Assembly: GCA_045642665.1 (NCBI GenBank)
Contig: JAZUJH010000137.1
Coordinates: 2,242 to 66,241 of the forward strand
Length of the DNA stretch: 64,000 nucleotides
Origin: Treponema sp.
Lineage (GTDB): Bacteria; Spirochaetota; Spirochaetia; Treponematales; Treponemataceae
Direction: 5' to 3'
The stretch's first letter is position 1; the number at the start of each line of letters is the position of its first letter. A program made the position numbers and the translations under genes. The notes under the pieces are model-generated. The model was not told the origin of the DNA and did not search any database. It was given only the letters and a program-made list of their open reading frames with translations. Shown piece by piece: positions 37,157 through 47,278 of this stretch.

Positions 37157-38203
37157 TTATTTTTTTGTTCGTCCCTTGATAATAACTATTGCACTCTGAA
37201 GTACGATGAAGAAACAAAGTATTACAGAAAGTACAATGCGGCTCCACCAGGATGAAAGTGTACCCTGGAAGTTGATGAGGGCTTCGATTGTAGCTTTTAT
37301 GAGAACTCCGAAGAATGTTCCCACAACTGTACCTACACCACCTGTAAGCATTGTTCCTCCGATAACTGCAGAAGAGATTGCATCCATTTCAAAACCTCGT
37401 GCCTGTTCAACGAAGCCTGCGCATGTGTTCAGACAGAACAGAAGTCCTGAAAGTGAAGCAAGGAATCCTTCAAGCATGTATGCAAAGAATTTATTTTTCT
37501 TTACATTGATACCCATAAGCATTGCAGACTGTTCGTTGCCTCCGATTGCAAAAAGATTTCGCCCGAATCTTGTGAACTTGAGCATGAACCAGATTACCGC
37601 AACAGTAATCAATGCAATCACAACATTTGGATGAATGAACGGAGCAATATATTTCCCGGCTCTGTTTACGTAACCTCCAAAAGGAACGTTGATTGATTTC
37701 TGGCACATTGCAAGGAATGTAGGATTTGTAATTGCAATCTGGTTAGAGCTGATAATGGCTGTCAAACCGCGGCAGAAGAACAAACCTGCAAGGGTAATGA
37801 TGAAGGGCTGAAGTTCCATGTAAGAAATAAGCAGTCCCTGAACGGCTCCGAATATTAATCCGAACAGCAGTACAATTAATATTGCAACTCCGCATGGAAG
37901 TCCCATTTTTTCCATTCCGAATGCCAGAATCATACATACGAGACCGACTACAGAACCTACAGAAATATCAATTCCGCCTGTAATCATAACAACCGTCATA
38001 CCTGCGGCTGCTACAAGAAGACCTGCATTGTTTATGAGCATGTTCATAAAATTCTGCAGACGGTAAAAATTTTTGTGCCCGTAAATTATAAGCCCGAAGA
38101 TGTACATAAGAACGAACAGAGCAATAGTAACAATGAGAAGAAAGTTTGTACTGTCTATGCGTTTCTTTTTTGCAACTGAAGAAATATTTTTTTCATTACT
38201 CAT
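37157..38203 (-). CDS. Sugar ABC permease (YjfF-like)
   Basis: GGIDISVGSV, QPFIITLAG, RNLFAIGGNE, GTMLTGGVG. Confidence 0.9.
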   Translation of the reverse strand: MSNEKNISSVAKKKRIDSTNFLLIVTIALFVLMYIFGLIIYGHKNFYRLQNFMNMLINNAGLLVAAAGMTVVMITGGIDISVGSVVGLVCMILAFGMEKMGLPCGVAILIVLLFGLIFGAVQGLLISYMELQPFIITLAGLFFCRGLTAIISSNQIAITNPTFLAMCQKSINVPFGGYVNRAGKYIAPFIHPNVVIALITVAVIWFMLKFTRFGRNLFAIGGNEQSAMLMGINVKKNKFFAYMLEGFLASLSGLLFCLNTCAGFVEQARGFEMDAISSAVIGGTMLTGGVGTVVGTFFGVLIKATIEALINFQGTLSSWWSRIVLSVILCFFIVLQSAIVIIKGRTKK

Positions 38204-39330
38204 TTTGCTTCAACTCCTTTAAATTTGTTTTCTCTGTTAAGCTTGCGCTGTGCGTTCCATTTTTTGATGGCAGGAGACTGGAGAAGAACAATCAGAATAA
38301 CTACAATTGCTTTGTAAACCGGAAGCTGGTCAGCTTTTACACCGAGGGAGTAAAGACAGGTTGTAAGACATTGAATTGTAATAGCTCCAATGATTGAACC
38401 TGCAAGATTGAACTTACCGCCGCCAAGACTGTTTCCGCCTAAAGCTACAGCAAGAATTGCATCCATTTCAAGGTTGAGACCAATGTTGTTGGCATCACTT
38501 GAATAGATACGGCTGGCTGCAATTGTACCTGCAACACCTGAACAAAGACCGCTGAAAAGATAGCAGAAGAATATAATCATTGTTGAGTTGATTCCAACAA
38601 GGCGACCTGCCTTAGGGTTTATGCCAACTGTCTGAATGTAAGTTGAAAGTGCAGTTTTCTTCAGCAGAAGAACTGTAAGTGCAACGAAGGCAATTACAAT
38701 GAATACAGGAGTAGGAACCGGACATCCGGGAATGAATCCGCCTATCCATTTGAAGGATTCCATACGGACGTAAAGAATAACTCCAGTTGCAGTTTCTGTA
38801 GAACTTATAAGCTGGGCAATACCGCGGCCTGCTGTGTAGAGAATGAGCGTTGCAACCATAGGCTGAATTTTAAGGTTCGCAACAAGAAGTCCGTTGAAGG
38901 CACCGCATGCAATACCACCTAAAAGACCTACGAAGATTGCGATGGATGGAGCTGTTGCATAAGCGTCATAACTTGACCCAAGAAGGCGTACAATAATAGC
39001 TCCGGAAACAGCCATAATAGCACCAACAGAAATATCAGTACCTCTTGAAGAGGCAACAACAAGAGTCATTCCTACTGCAAGAATAATAAGTTCGCAGGAA
39101 CGGTTCAGGATATCAATAAGGAATCCGTAGAGAACAGGATTTCCGTTTATATCATGGGAAATGGAAATTTCGAAAAAGTTTTTTCCCTGTACGCTTGTAA
39201 TGATAAGGTTTATGATAAGCATCACAACAAGCGCTATAATAGGAAATGCCAGCTGATTTGAAAGACATTTTCTGGCGAATTTCCTGCAATCAAATTTTTC
39301 TTTAGCTTGTGAAGGAGCATTGTTTTCCAT
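38200..39330 (-). CDS. Sugar ABC permease (YtfT-like)
   Basis: GTDISVGA, IQPMVATLIL, DAILAVALGGNSLGGG. Confidence 0.9.
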   Translation of the reverse strand: MENNAPSQAKEKFDCRKFARKCLSNQLAFPIIALVVMLIINLIITSVQGKNFFEISISHDINGNPVLYGFLIDILNRSCELIILAVGMTLVVASSRGTDISVGAIMAVSGAIIVRLLGSSYDAYATAPSIAIFVGLLGGIACGAFNGLLVANLKIQPMVATLILYTAGRGIAQLISSTETATGVILYVRMESFKWIGGFIPGCPVPTPVFIVIAFVALTVLLLKKTALSTYIQTVGINPKAGRLVGINSTMIIFFCYLFSGLCSGVAGTIAASRIYSSDANNIGLNLEMDAILAVALGGNSLGGGKFNLAGSIIGAITIQCLTTCLYSLGVKADQLPVYKAIVVILIVLLQSPAIKKWNAQRKLNRENKFKGVEAK

Positions 39331-40841
39331 TATTTGTCACCTCCTGCAATTGCGGCCATAACATCTTCTTGTGTAAGGCCATTATTTTTTAACTCTCCAA
39401 CCTTTTTGCCGTCACGCAGAACGCAGAGTCTGTTGACAGTACGGAGCATTTCTTCAATCTCTGAACTGATGAACATAACTGTCATTCCTTCGCCCGCAAG
39501 TTTTACGACAAGCTTCTGGATTTCGGTTTTTGTACCAACGTCAATACCTCTGGTAGGTTCATCAAGAATAAGGAAGTCCGGATGAGTAACAAGCCAGCGG
39601 CCGATGATAACTTTCTGCTGGTTGCCGCCCGAAAGCTGCTTGATTAAAGTTTCGCCGCTAGGAGTCTTAATGTTAAGTGCCTTTATGTACTGGTTGGTAA
39701 GCTCAATCTGCTTTGACATAGGAAGAAGCTTGAATATACCGGTCTTTGCCTGGAGCGCGATCATCATGTTTTCACGTATTGAAAGGTCAGCGATGATGCT
39801 TTCAGCTTTTCTGTCTTCAGGAAGATAAGCCATGCCTCTTCTGATTGAATCAATAGGTGCGTTTGATGTAAGAGGGGAACCGTTGAAGTCAATGTTTCCT
39901 CCATCAGGTTTGTCTGCTCCATAAATTGTGCGTGCCATTTCTGAACGTCCTGATCCCAGAAGACCTGTCAGACCAATAACTTCACCCTTTCTGATAGTAA
40001 CATCAAAAGGTTTGATTGTACCTGTATGTGTAAGACCAACAGCCTTAATAACTTCAGGCTTGTCTGTTTCGTCATATTCGTTTGAATGAAGGTTGTCAAG
40101 TTCAGCAACTTCACGACCCAGCATTGCCTTAACAAGTTCAAGGCGTGGAAGTTCAGAAATTGTGTACTGACCTTCAAGCTGACCGTTCCTTAGAACTGTA
40201 ATCTTGTCGCAGACTGCATAAACCTGTTCAAGAAAGTGTGTGACAAAGATAATACTTACACCGTCAGCCTTTAGTTGATTCATTACGTTAAAAAGATTTT
40301 CTACTTCATGGTCGTCAAGGGAACTTGTAGGTTCATCAAGAATCAGAACCTTGCAGTTGAATCTGACTGCGCGGGCAATTGCAACCATCTGCTGGATTGC
40401 AACGGAATATTCTCCAAGACTTCTTGTAACATCTATATTTTCAAGACCAACCCAGGCAAGAATTTCCTTTGCTTTCTGGTTCATTTTCTTCCAGTCGATT
40501 ATTCCTATCTTGTTTCTTGGTTCGTCACCAGCAAAAACATTTTCTGCAACTGAAATATTTGTACACAGGTTTACTTCCTGATAAACAGGACTTATTCCGT
40601 TAAGCTGAGCTTCCTGCGGTGAATGGTTGTTGATTTTTTTACCTTCAAGAAAAATTTCTCCGGCATCTCTAGTGTGAACACCAGTAAGAACTTTGATGAG
40701 CGTACTTTTTCCTGCACCGTTTTCACCCATGAGAGCATGGATTTCACCTTTTCCTAAAGAAAAATTTACGTTATCAAGAGCCTTAACACCAGGAAACGAA
40801 ATGGAAATGTTTTTCATTGAAAGAAGAACTTCTTCTGCCAT
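39330..40841 (-). CDS. Sugar ABC ATP-binding protein (YtfR/RbsA-like, two NBDs)
   Basis: GENGAGKST, LDEPTSSL, LSGGNQQKV, LDEPTRGIDVG. Confidence 0.95.
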   Translation of the reverse strand: MAEEVLLSMKNISISFPGVKALDNVNFSLGKGEIHALMGENGAGKSTLIKVLTGVHTRDAGEIFLEGKKINNHSPQEAQLNGISPVYQEVNLCTNISVAENVFAGDEPRNKIGIIDWKKMNQKAKEILAWVGLENIDVTRSLGEYSVAIQQMVAIARAVRFNCKVLILDEPTSSLDDHEVENLFNVMNQLKADGVSIIFVTHFLEQVYAVCDKITVLRNGQLEGQYTISELPRLELVKAMLGREVAELDNLHSNEYDETDKPEVIKAVGLTHTGTIKPFDVTIRKGEVIGLTGLLGSGRSEMARTIYGADKPDGGNIDFNGSPLTSNAPIDSIRRGMAYLPEDRKAESIIADLSIRENMMIALQAKTGIFKLLPMSKQIELTNQYIKALNIKTPSGETLIKQLSGGNQQKVIIGRWLVTHPDFLILDEPTRGIDVGTKTEIQKLVVKLAGEGMTVMFISSEIEEMLRTVNRLCVLRDGKKVGELKNNGLTQEDVMAAIAGGDK

Positions 40842-41075
40842 GGTTAACCTCTTTTTTTTCGTTTTATATTATTTGGAATATTTTAAATTCAATGAACCGT
40901 GTTTTTCAGATTTGTCGTGCAAATATTATGCTGCCGTGTGCGGCAAAATATTTTGCGTTCTCAAAGAAACTTCCAAAAACTGCCTATTGAAATTGTTTAT
41001 AAAAAGGGCCGCCGATTTGAACTTATGGAGTCCATACCGACGGCCGCATTACATTAAGTTCTGATTAGTCTGGTA

Positions 41076-42083
41076 TTAGTATTTGCGAGTTGGGAGCATT
41101 GCTTCTGCGTTTTCTTCATCAAATACAGCTTCATCAACGTACTGAATCTTGCTGATAGAAGACATCTGGCCAGCTTCAATTTTCTGGATGATTTCTGCAA
41201 CACGTGGACCGTGGAGAGGGTTACATTCTGCTGCACAGTTGATTTCACCTGCAATCATCTTGTTGAATGATTCGTGAACAGCATCGAAACAGATGATGAT
41301 GATGTCTTTTCCAGGAACCTTACCAGCAGCCTTGATTGCGTCGATTGCACCCCAAGCCATGTTGTCGTTTTCTGCATAAACTACATCAATTTTGCTGTGC
41401 TGCTTGAGAAGTGATTCCATAACTTCCTGACCCTTTGCCTGTGTGAATTCACCTGTCTGCTGAGCAATGAGCTTCCAGTTGGAATGTGAAGGAAGAGCTT
41501 CCTCGAGGCCCTGTGTACGTCCGATCTGTGCTGAAGCACCGATTGTACCCTGGAGGTCAACAATGTTGATTTCTTCGTTCTCACGTCCAACCTTCTTGAG
41601 GTAAGCGTCCAACCACTTTACAGCATCCTGACCTTCTTTAAGAAAGTTTCCTCCAACCCAGCAGAGGTAGAGGCTGTCATCTGAAACCTGCATCTGGCGG
41701 TCAGAAAGAATAACAGGAATTCCTGCATCCTTTGCTTCCTTAAGAACTGTTTCCCAACCTGTTTCAACAACTGGTGCAACTACGATGTAGTCAACTTCCT
41801 GCTGTACGAAGTCGCGGATAGCCTTGATCTGGTTTTCCTGTTTCTGCTGTGCGTCTACGAAGAGAAGTTCGTAACCGTTTGCAGCTGTAAATGTAGATTT
41901 GAATGAGTCTGTATTAGCAAGACGCCAGTCTGATTCTGCACCAACCTGAGCGTACCCAACTTTGATTAATTTCTTTTCCTTTGATGTGGTGTTTGATGTT
42001 GCGTCTGTTTTCTTTCCACCACAACTTGTAAGTGCGAGAGCACCCATAAGCAATGCGCCTGTTAAGCTAAGAGCTTTTTTCAT
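41076..42083 (-). CDS. Sugar ABC substrate-binding lipoprotein (YtfQ-like)
   Basis: Lipobox LTS-C; GYAQVGAESDWR, AENDNMAWGA, AECNP. Start ATG 42083 after GGAGG. Confidence 0.92.
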   Translation of the reverse strand: MKKALSLTGALLMGALALTSCGGKKTDATSNTTSKEKKLIKVGYAQVGAESDWRLANTDSFKSTFTAANGYELLFVDAQQKQENQIKAIRDFVQQEVDYIVVAPVVETGWETVLKEAKDAGIPVILSDRQMQVSDDSLYLCWVGGNFLKEGQDAVKWLDAYLKKVGRENEEINIVDLQGTIGASAQIGRTQGLEEALPSHSNWKLIAQQTGEFTQAKGQEVMESLLKQHSKIDVVYAENDNMAWGAIDAIKAAGKVPGKDIIIICFDAVHESFNKMIAGEINCAAECNPLHGPRVAEIIQKIEAGQMSSISKIQYVDEAVFDEENAEAMLPTRKY

Positions 42084-42440
42084 ATAAATTCCTCCATTAA
42101 TTAAATGCACCAATCTAATGTTACTGCCGTTGGTTTCATTTGATTGTTAAATAAATGATAAAGGCGAATTTGTTATCCGTAAATGGAATTTTTTACGATA
42201 TTTTTTTGAAATTTTTCATATCTCTGCTTAAAAAAATTGGTGGAATAAGAAAAAGGTTTAAAATCTTACAGGAAAATTTATGTTTTTTTCAGTTTATGGC
42301 AGGACATAACAAATCACCGCAGAATTTCTGATTAAATTAAACCCTGCGATGAAATTTTTGATTCTGTTTCCGGATTGTCTGTACATATATGGATATTATT
42401 TTTGAGATTATGCAGTTCCGTTTATGTAAGTGGCTGTATT

Positions 42441-42496
42441 GGGTATCTCTGAAAAAATATTTTTCAGAGATGCCTGCGAGTTTTACTCCTTGAAAT
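42441..42496 (+). repeat. Family-B element, 5' half
   Basis: GGGTATCTCTGAAAAA...TTTTTCAGAGATGCCTGCGAGTTTTACTCCTTGAAAT. Confidence 0.8.
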
Positions 42497-42567
42497 ATGT
42501 GCAGTTCCGCTGTTTTTTCTTCAACGGTTCCGAACTGCTGCATTTTGTTTCTATATTCTTACGATTC

Positions 42568-44346
42568 TTACGCAATATTTTTAAACTGTGACATGTAAAG
42601 TTCATAATAGAATCCCTTTGAATCCATAAGTTCCGCAGGTGTTCCCTGCTCTACAATTCCGCCGTCATCAATTACAAAAATTCTGTCCGCATTTTTTATG
42701 GTAGAAAGTCTGTGGGCAATAACAAAGGATGTTCTTCCTTTCAACAAATTTTCGATTCCCTGCTGCACTAGAATTTCTGTATGAGTGTCAATAGAACTTG
42801 TAGCCTCATCAAGAATAAGAATCTTAGGTTTGCTCAGCATTGTGCGTGCAAAAGCGACCAGCTGTTTCTGTCCGTTACTCAGTCCGCCTCCGCGTTCGCT
42901 GAGCTTTGTGTTGTAACCTTCGGGAAGTTTTGAAATGAAGTCATCCGCGTGAACCATTTCTGCGGCCCTGTAAACTTCTTCATCTGTTGCACCAAGGTTA
43001 CCGTAGCGTATGTTCTCCATGATCGTACCTGTGAACAGATAATTTTCCTGTGTCATAACGCCCATCTGCTTTCTGAGACTCTTGAGAGTTACCTCCTGAA
43101 TATTATGACCGTCAATTTTTATTGCACCTTCCTGGATATCATAGAAGCGAGAGAGCAGATTTACTACCGTTGTTTTTCCTGCTCCTGTAGGACCGACAAG
43201 TGCAATTGTTTCTCCAGCATTTACACAGAATGACATGTTTTCAAGAATCTTTATGCCGTTGCCGTAAGAGAAGGTTACGTTTTCAAACTTCACGTCGCCT
43301 TTCACTTCCGGAAGATTTTTTGCATCACAAGCGTTCTTTACGCAAGGATCCGTGTCAAGAATCTCGAATACACGTTCTGCGGCTGCAATGTTTGTGACAA
43401 GCTGGTTATAGAAGTTGCTCAGGTTCTGTATCGGCTGCCAGAACATTCCCATGTAAGTTCCGAATGCAATGAGAGTTCCGATGCTTACGTCTTCAACTCC
43501 AATCACTTTTATGCCGACATAGTACATGAGAACCGCACCGATTGTTCTGCAGAAAACTGTTGCACTGAAGAAACTGTCCGTAAGATAAACAGCCTTCGTG
43601 TAAGTATCCTTATAGTCCTTTGCAAGTTTTGAAAATTCTTCGTTTGTTTCTTTCTCACCGTCAAAAGCCTGTACAACACGGATTCCGCTGATGTCTTCAT
43701 GAAGGAAAGCGTTGATGTTTGAACTTTTCTTTCTGAAGCTTTCCCAGAGTATGTTCCCGAACTTTTCGATAAGGAAAAGAAGAACAACCAGAACCGGAAG
43801 AGTACACAGTGCGGCTGATGCAAGAATAGCATTCTTTGTAAACATGATTACAACAACTGCAACAAGTGTAAGAAGTTCTGGAATAAGTGTCGTTACACTG
43901 TTTTCAAGTATTTCCTTCAGAGAGTTTACGTCACCGATAATTCTTGCAAGAATTTTTCCTGTCGGACGGGAATCAAAGAACTGGAAGTCCAGAGTCTGGA
44001 TGTGGTCAAAAAGCTGCTGACGTATGTCAAGGATAACGTGATTTGAAACTTTTGCCATTATAAACATTCTGAGCTTAACAAGAAGAACCATAAGAACATT
44101 CAGTCCGAGTACAATTCCTCCAAGAACCAGAAGTCCTTTAAGATTTTTCTGAGCAATATATTTGTCAATGGCAGACTCCACGAAGAGTGGATTGACGGTT
44201 GTAATGCCGACGCAGATTAGCATTATGAAAAGCACAAAGCATATCTGCCATTTAAATTTCAGCATGTAGGAAAACAGTCTTGTAAGAACAACGGATGTCT
44301 TCATCTTCCGCTGCTTTTCGTCTTCCTTGTATGAATTAAATTCCAT
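42568..44346 (-). CDS. Multidrug-type ABC half-transporter (TMD+NBD), subunit 2
   Basis: GPTGAGKTT, LSNGQKQL (degenerate signature), LDEATSSID, AHRLST. Confidence 0.92.
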   Translation of the reverse strand: MEFNSYKEDEKQRKMKTSVVLTRLFSYMLKFKWQICFVLFIMLICVGITTVNPLFVESAIDKYIAQKNLKGLLVLGGIVLGLNVLMVLLVKLRMFIMAKVSNHVILDIRQQLFDHIQTLDFQFFDSRPTGKILARIIGDVNSLKEILENSVTTLIPELLTLVAVVVIMFTKNAILASAALCTLPVLVVLLFLIEKFGNILWESFRKKSSNINAFLHEDISGIRVVQAFDGEKETNEEFSKLAKDYKDTYTKAVYLTDSFFSATVFCRTIGAVLMYYVGIKVIGVEDVSIGTLIAFGTYMGMFWQPIQNLSNFYNQLVTNIAAAERVFEILDTDPCVKNACDAKNLPEVKGDVKFENVTFSYGNGIKILENMSFCVNAGETIALVGPTGAGKTTVVNLLSRFYDIQEGAIKIDGHNIQEVTLKSLRKQMGVMTQENYLFTGTIMENIRYGNLGATDEEVYRAAEMVHADDFISKLPEGYNTKLSERGGGLSNGQKQLVAFARTMLSKPKILILDEATSSIDTHTEILVQQGIENLLKGRTSFVIAHRLSTIKNADRIFVIDDGGIVEQGTPAELMDSKGFYYELYMSQFKNIA

Positions 44347-44378
44347 TTGTATAAATCCTGTTAGTTGTCTAACTGATT

Positions 44379-44493
44379 AGGGCATCTCTAAAAAAATCAG
44401 AGATGCCTGCGAGTTTTAATCCTTGAAATTACACGGCCTAAAACATCGCGTCTTAAAAGTTGCTACTAAAAATTGTAATTTTTAGAGGTTACC
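44379..44493 (+). repeat. Family-B element, full copy, between the two ABC subunit genes
   Basis: AGGGCATCTCT...AGAGATGCCTGCGAGTTTTAATCCTTGAAATTACA...CTAAAAATTGTAATTTTTAGAGG. Confidence 0.88.
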
Positions 44494-44494
44494 A

Positions 44495-46249
44495 TTATTC
44501 ATTTACTGCTGCTGGAAAGCTTCTGTACTGGTTCACCTCGGAAGGAAGTTCCCCGTACTGTGCCATCCATGTCTGGTAGTAAAGACCTTTCTGTTCAAGA
44601 AGTGATTCATGAGTTCCGCGTTCGGCAATTCTTCCTTTGTCAAGAATTATTATTTCGTCTGCAAAACGTACTGAACTGATTCTGTGGGCGATAATAATTT
44701 TGCTGGAATCAGTTACGCTTCTTATTGTCTTCTGAAGCTTCTGTTCAGTTTCCATGTCCAGTGCTGATGTTGAATCATCAAGAATGAGAACAGGAGTTCT
44801 TTTTGCTAATGCGCGTGCAATTGTGAGCCGCTGTTTCTGTCCTCCGCTAAGTCCTACTCCGCGTTCACCGATTACAGTCTTCTCTTTTTCAGGAAGAGAC
44901 TGCACGAATGCTGATTCAGATTTTTCGATTGCAGTTTTCACTTTGTCCGGATCAAGACAATCCCGTTTACCGAATGCAACGTTCTGTGCAATTGTATCAC
45001 TGAAGAGAAAAACATCCTGTGTAACAGGTGCAATGTTCTTTCTCAGCTGATGAACATCAAGTTCCTTAATGTCAACTCCATCGAAGGTAATTGTTCCGCC
45101 TGTGGTATCGTACATTCTTGTCATAAGATTTACGATGGAAGTTTTGCCGCTTCCTGTTGCTCCCATAATACCGAGAGTTTTTCCCTGCGGAAGATTGAAG
45201 CTTATTCCCTTAAGAATTTCTTTTCCGCTGCGACTGAAATCAACCTTGTCAAAAACAATGTTGCCCTTTGCGTTATCAAGTTCAACTGCATCATTTGCAT
45301 TTGTGATTTCAGGAATCTCGTTGTAAAGATTTTTGATTCTCTTCCATGATGCAACTCCGAACGAAACACCGTTCATAAGCCAGCCTAGCATTTCCATAGG
45401 CCATACCATGTTCATTGAATACATGATGAAGGCACTCAGTTCTCCTACAGAAAATTCTCCGCGTATAACGTAAACTCCTCCGTGAATAAGAACAATTACA
45501 GGTACGACCATAGATATTACCTGGATAATCGGATAATACTTTACAAAAACTTTTGACTGGGAAACGTTCAGTTCGTAGAACTTCCTGTTGTGCATAAAAA
45601 ACTTGCTCTTCTCAAAACTTTCACGGGAAAAGGCTTTTACTGTTCTGACTCCCGAGAGATTTTCTGATGCAGTATCATTCAGCACTGAATCTTCCTGGTC
45701 AATTTCATCATAAATCTTGCCAAGATTTTTTTCCATGAGAACTGCAACAAGTCCTGCAACAACCATAAGAACTGTAGGAGCAATTGAAAGTTTCCAGTTC
45801 ATCTTGAACATGCAGTAAAGAACTGCAACTGTGTGGAAGGCAACTTCAATAAGGCACTGGGAAATAAAAGACACGGCCCAGCGAACCTTGTCAACGTCGC
45901 TCTTAATTTTTGACATAATTTCGCCAGCATTGTTCTTGTCGAAGAATGATGCTGAAAGAGTCTGGACGTGTGCAAATAGATCTTTCTGCAGCGGTTCAGC
46001 AATTTTAATTCCGTTAATGTCAAATGTGATTTGCTCAGTGTATACCATGACAACTCTTGCAAGCCCAACACCGAGCATACATAAAAGTATTCTTGCAAGA
46101 AATTCAATTTTTCCTCCAACAATAACGTCATCAACAAGACGCTGTGTAAGAACCGGAGAAACCATGTCGAATAATACGTTCAAAATTGTACATAAAAGTC
46201 CTGCAATGTACAGCCACGTATAACGTTTTACGTAATTAAACAGTTTCAT
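44495..46249 (-). CDS. Multidrug-type ABC half-transporter (TMD+NBD), subunit 1
   Basis: GATGSGKT, LSGGQKQR, LDDSTSALD (degenerate Walker B typical of heterodimers), AHRISS. Confidence 0.92.
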   Translation of the reverse strand: MKLFNYVKRYTWLYIAGLLCTILNVLFDMVSPVLTQRLVDDVIVGGKIEFLARILLCMLGVGLARVVMVYTEQITFDINGIKIAEPLQKDLFAHVQTLSASFFDKNNAGEIMSKIKSDVDKVRWAVSFISQCLIEVAFHTVAVLYCMFKMNWKLSIAPTVLMVVAGLVAVLMEKNLGKIYDEIDQEDSVLNDTASENLSGVRTVKAFSRESFEKSKFFMHNRKFYELNVSQSKVFVKYYPIIQVISMVVPVIVLIHGGVYVIRGEFSVGELSAFIMYSMNMVWPMEMLGWLMNGVSFGVASWKRIKNLYNEIPEITNANDAVELDNAKGNIVFDKVDFSRSGKEILKGISFNLPQGKTLGIMGATGSGKTSIVNLMTRMYDTTGGTITFDGVDIKELDVHQLRKNIAPVTQDVFLFSDTIAQNVAFGKRDCLDPDKVKTAIEKSESAFVQSLPEKEKTVIGERGVGLSGGQKQRLTIARALAKRTPVLILDDSTSALDMETEQKLQKTIRSVTDSSKIIIAHRISSVRFADEIIILDKGRIAERGTHESLLEQKGLYYQTWMAQYGELPSEVNQYRSFPAAVNE

Positions 46250-46385
46250 TTTTTGTGAGAAATCCTAATGAAATAAAAGAAGAAATATCTTTAAAAAGTC
46301 AGGCCTGTGAGGTGAGTTCCTGAAGCAAAGATAACAATAACTAAGATGCCACGATTTTTGTGGAGACCAAATTTCTTGAAAATCT

Positions 46386-46495
46386 AAAAAAATCATTAGT
46401 CTAAGGCGAGGTATTTAGAGGAATGATTTAGATCGAGTAAGATACTAAACTAATCATAATAGTTTTACTCTATTGCGGAAATTATTTTTTGTCAA
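46386..46495 (-). promoter_or_regulatory. Promoter TTGACA-N17-TAGAGT, 9-codon uORF and overlapping terminator-like hairpin (candidate attenuator)
   Basis: -35 at 46495-46490, -10 at 46472-46467, uORF 46457-46428 (MISLVSYSI*), hairpin 46429-46390 plus T-run. Confidence 0.5.
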
Positions 46496-46699
46496 TAGAA
46501 TTATTGCTGACAAATAATTTTTTTTATTTTTATTTACTTAAATAATTTTCTGCAAAGTATGGCATCCCTGATAATTTAAAATGCGATGCTCGTCGGATTT
46601 TTGCAGTTGAACTGATGCTGCTCCGGATGCAGCATTTTCATATGCTTGTGGAATTTCAATTCAGCAGATTCCATTGATTAAAAGAAATAGCAAACGGAA

Positions 46700-47278
46700 T
46701 CATATGTTTTCTATTTTATAATTTTTGAAGATGTATGCAAAAATGAATCCGATGATGGAACCTAATATGCTTGTCGTCAGTGTGTTTACGAGAAGAAATT
46801 TCAGTGCAATACGAAAATATCCTTCCGTGATGTGACGGTGGATGAGCAGAAAAGCTGCGGGACGAATTATGAAGAGAGCTGTAATATGTGTAACTAATGT
46901 TGCCAGTGGAAAAATGAAATAATCTTTCAATGTCATGGAACCGTTTCTGGCGTTTGAATATTTTCTGAAAAGACCTGTAATAATTCCGATTGAGGTTGTT
47001 GTTATGAGAGTTGAAATCATGAAGTGAGTTTCATGGCATAAACATACAAGCAGCTGTCCGCAGAAACCTGCTATCGCTCCAGGAATTGAACCGAAGGCAA
47101 TTGCAAAGGTTCCGAGAATTGCATACTGGAATGGAATTTCAATATCGGTAAAACCGCTCGGGATATGAATGAATCTGGCTGTAATAAAAAACATAGAGCT
47201 TATTGTCCCGATGGGAATGATTGTATTGAATGCTAACGATTCCTTGTCTTTTGGTTTCTTTTTATATTCATTTTTCAT
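46700..47278 (-). CDS. ECF transporter S-component (UPF0397-like)
   Basis: RFIHIPSG...QYAILGTFAIAFGSIPGAIAGFCGQLL, multi-TM; overlaps the M48 stop. Confidence 0.6.
   Translation of the reverse strand: MKNEYKKKPKDKESLAFNTIIPIGTISSMFFITARFIHIPSGFTDIEIPFQYAILGTFAIAFGSIPGAIAGFCGQLLVCLCHETHFMISTLITTTSIGIITGLFRKYSNARNGSMTLKDYFIFPLATLVTHITALFIIRPAAFLLIHRHITEGYFRIALKFLLVNTLTTSILGSIIGFIFAYIFKNYKIENI

Noticed and set aside
42184-42221. Direct repeat as the YesN/AraC binding site upstream of the sugar ABC operon
   Set aside because: The match is mostly T-runs and too degenerate to support.
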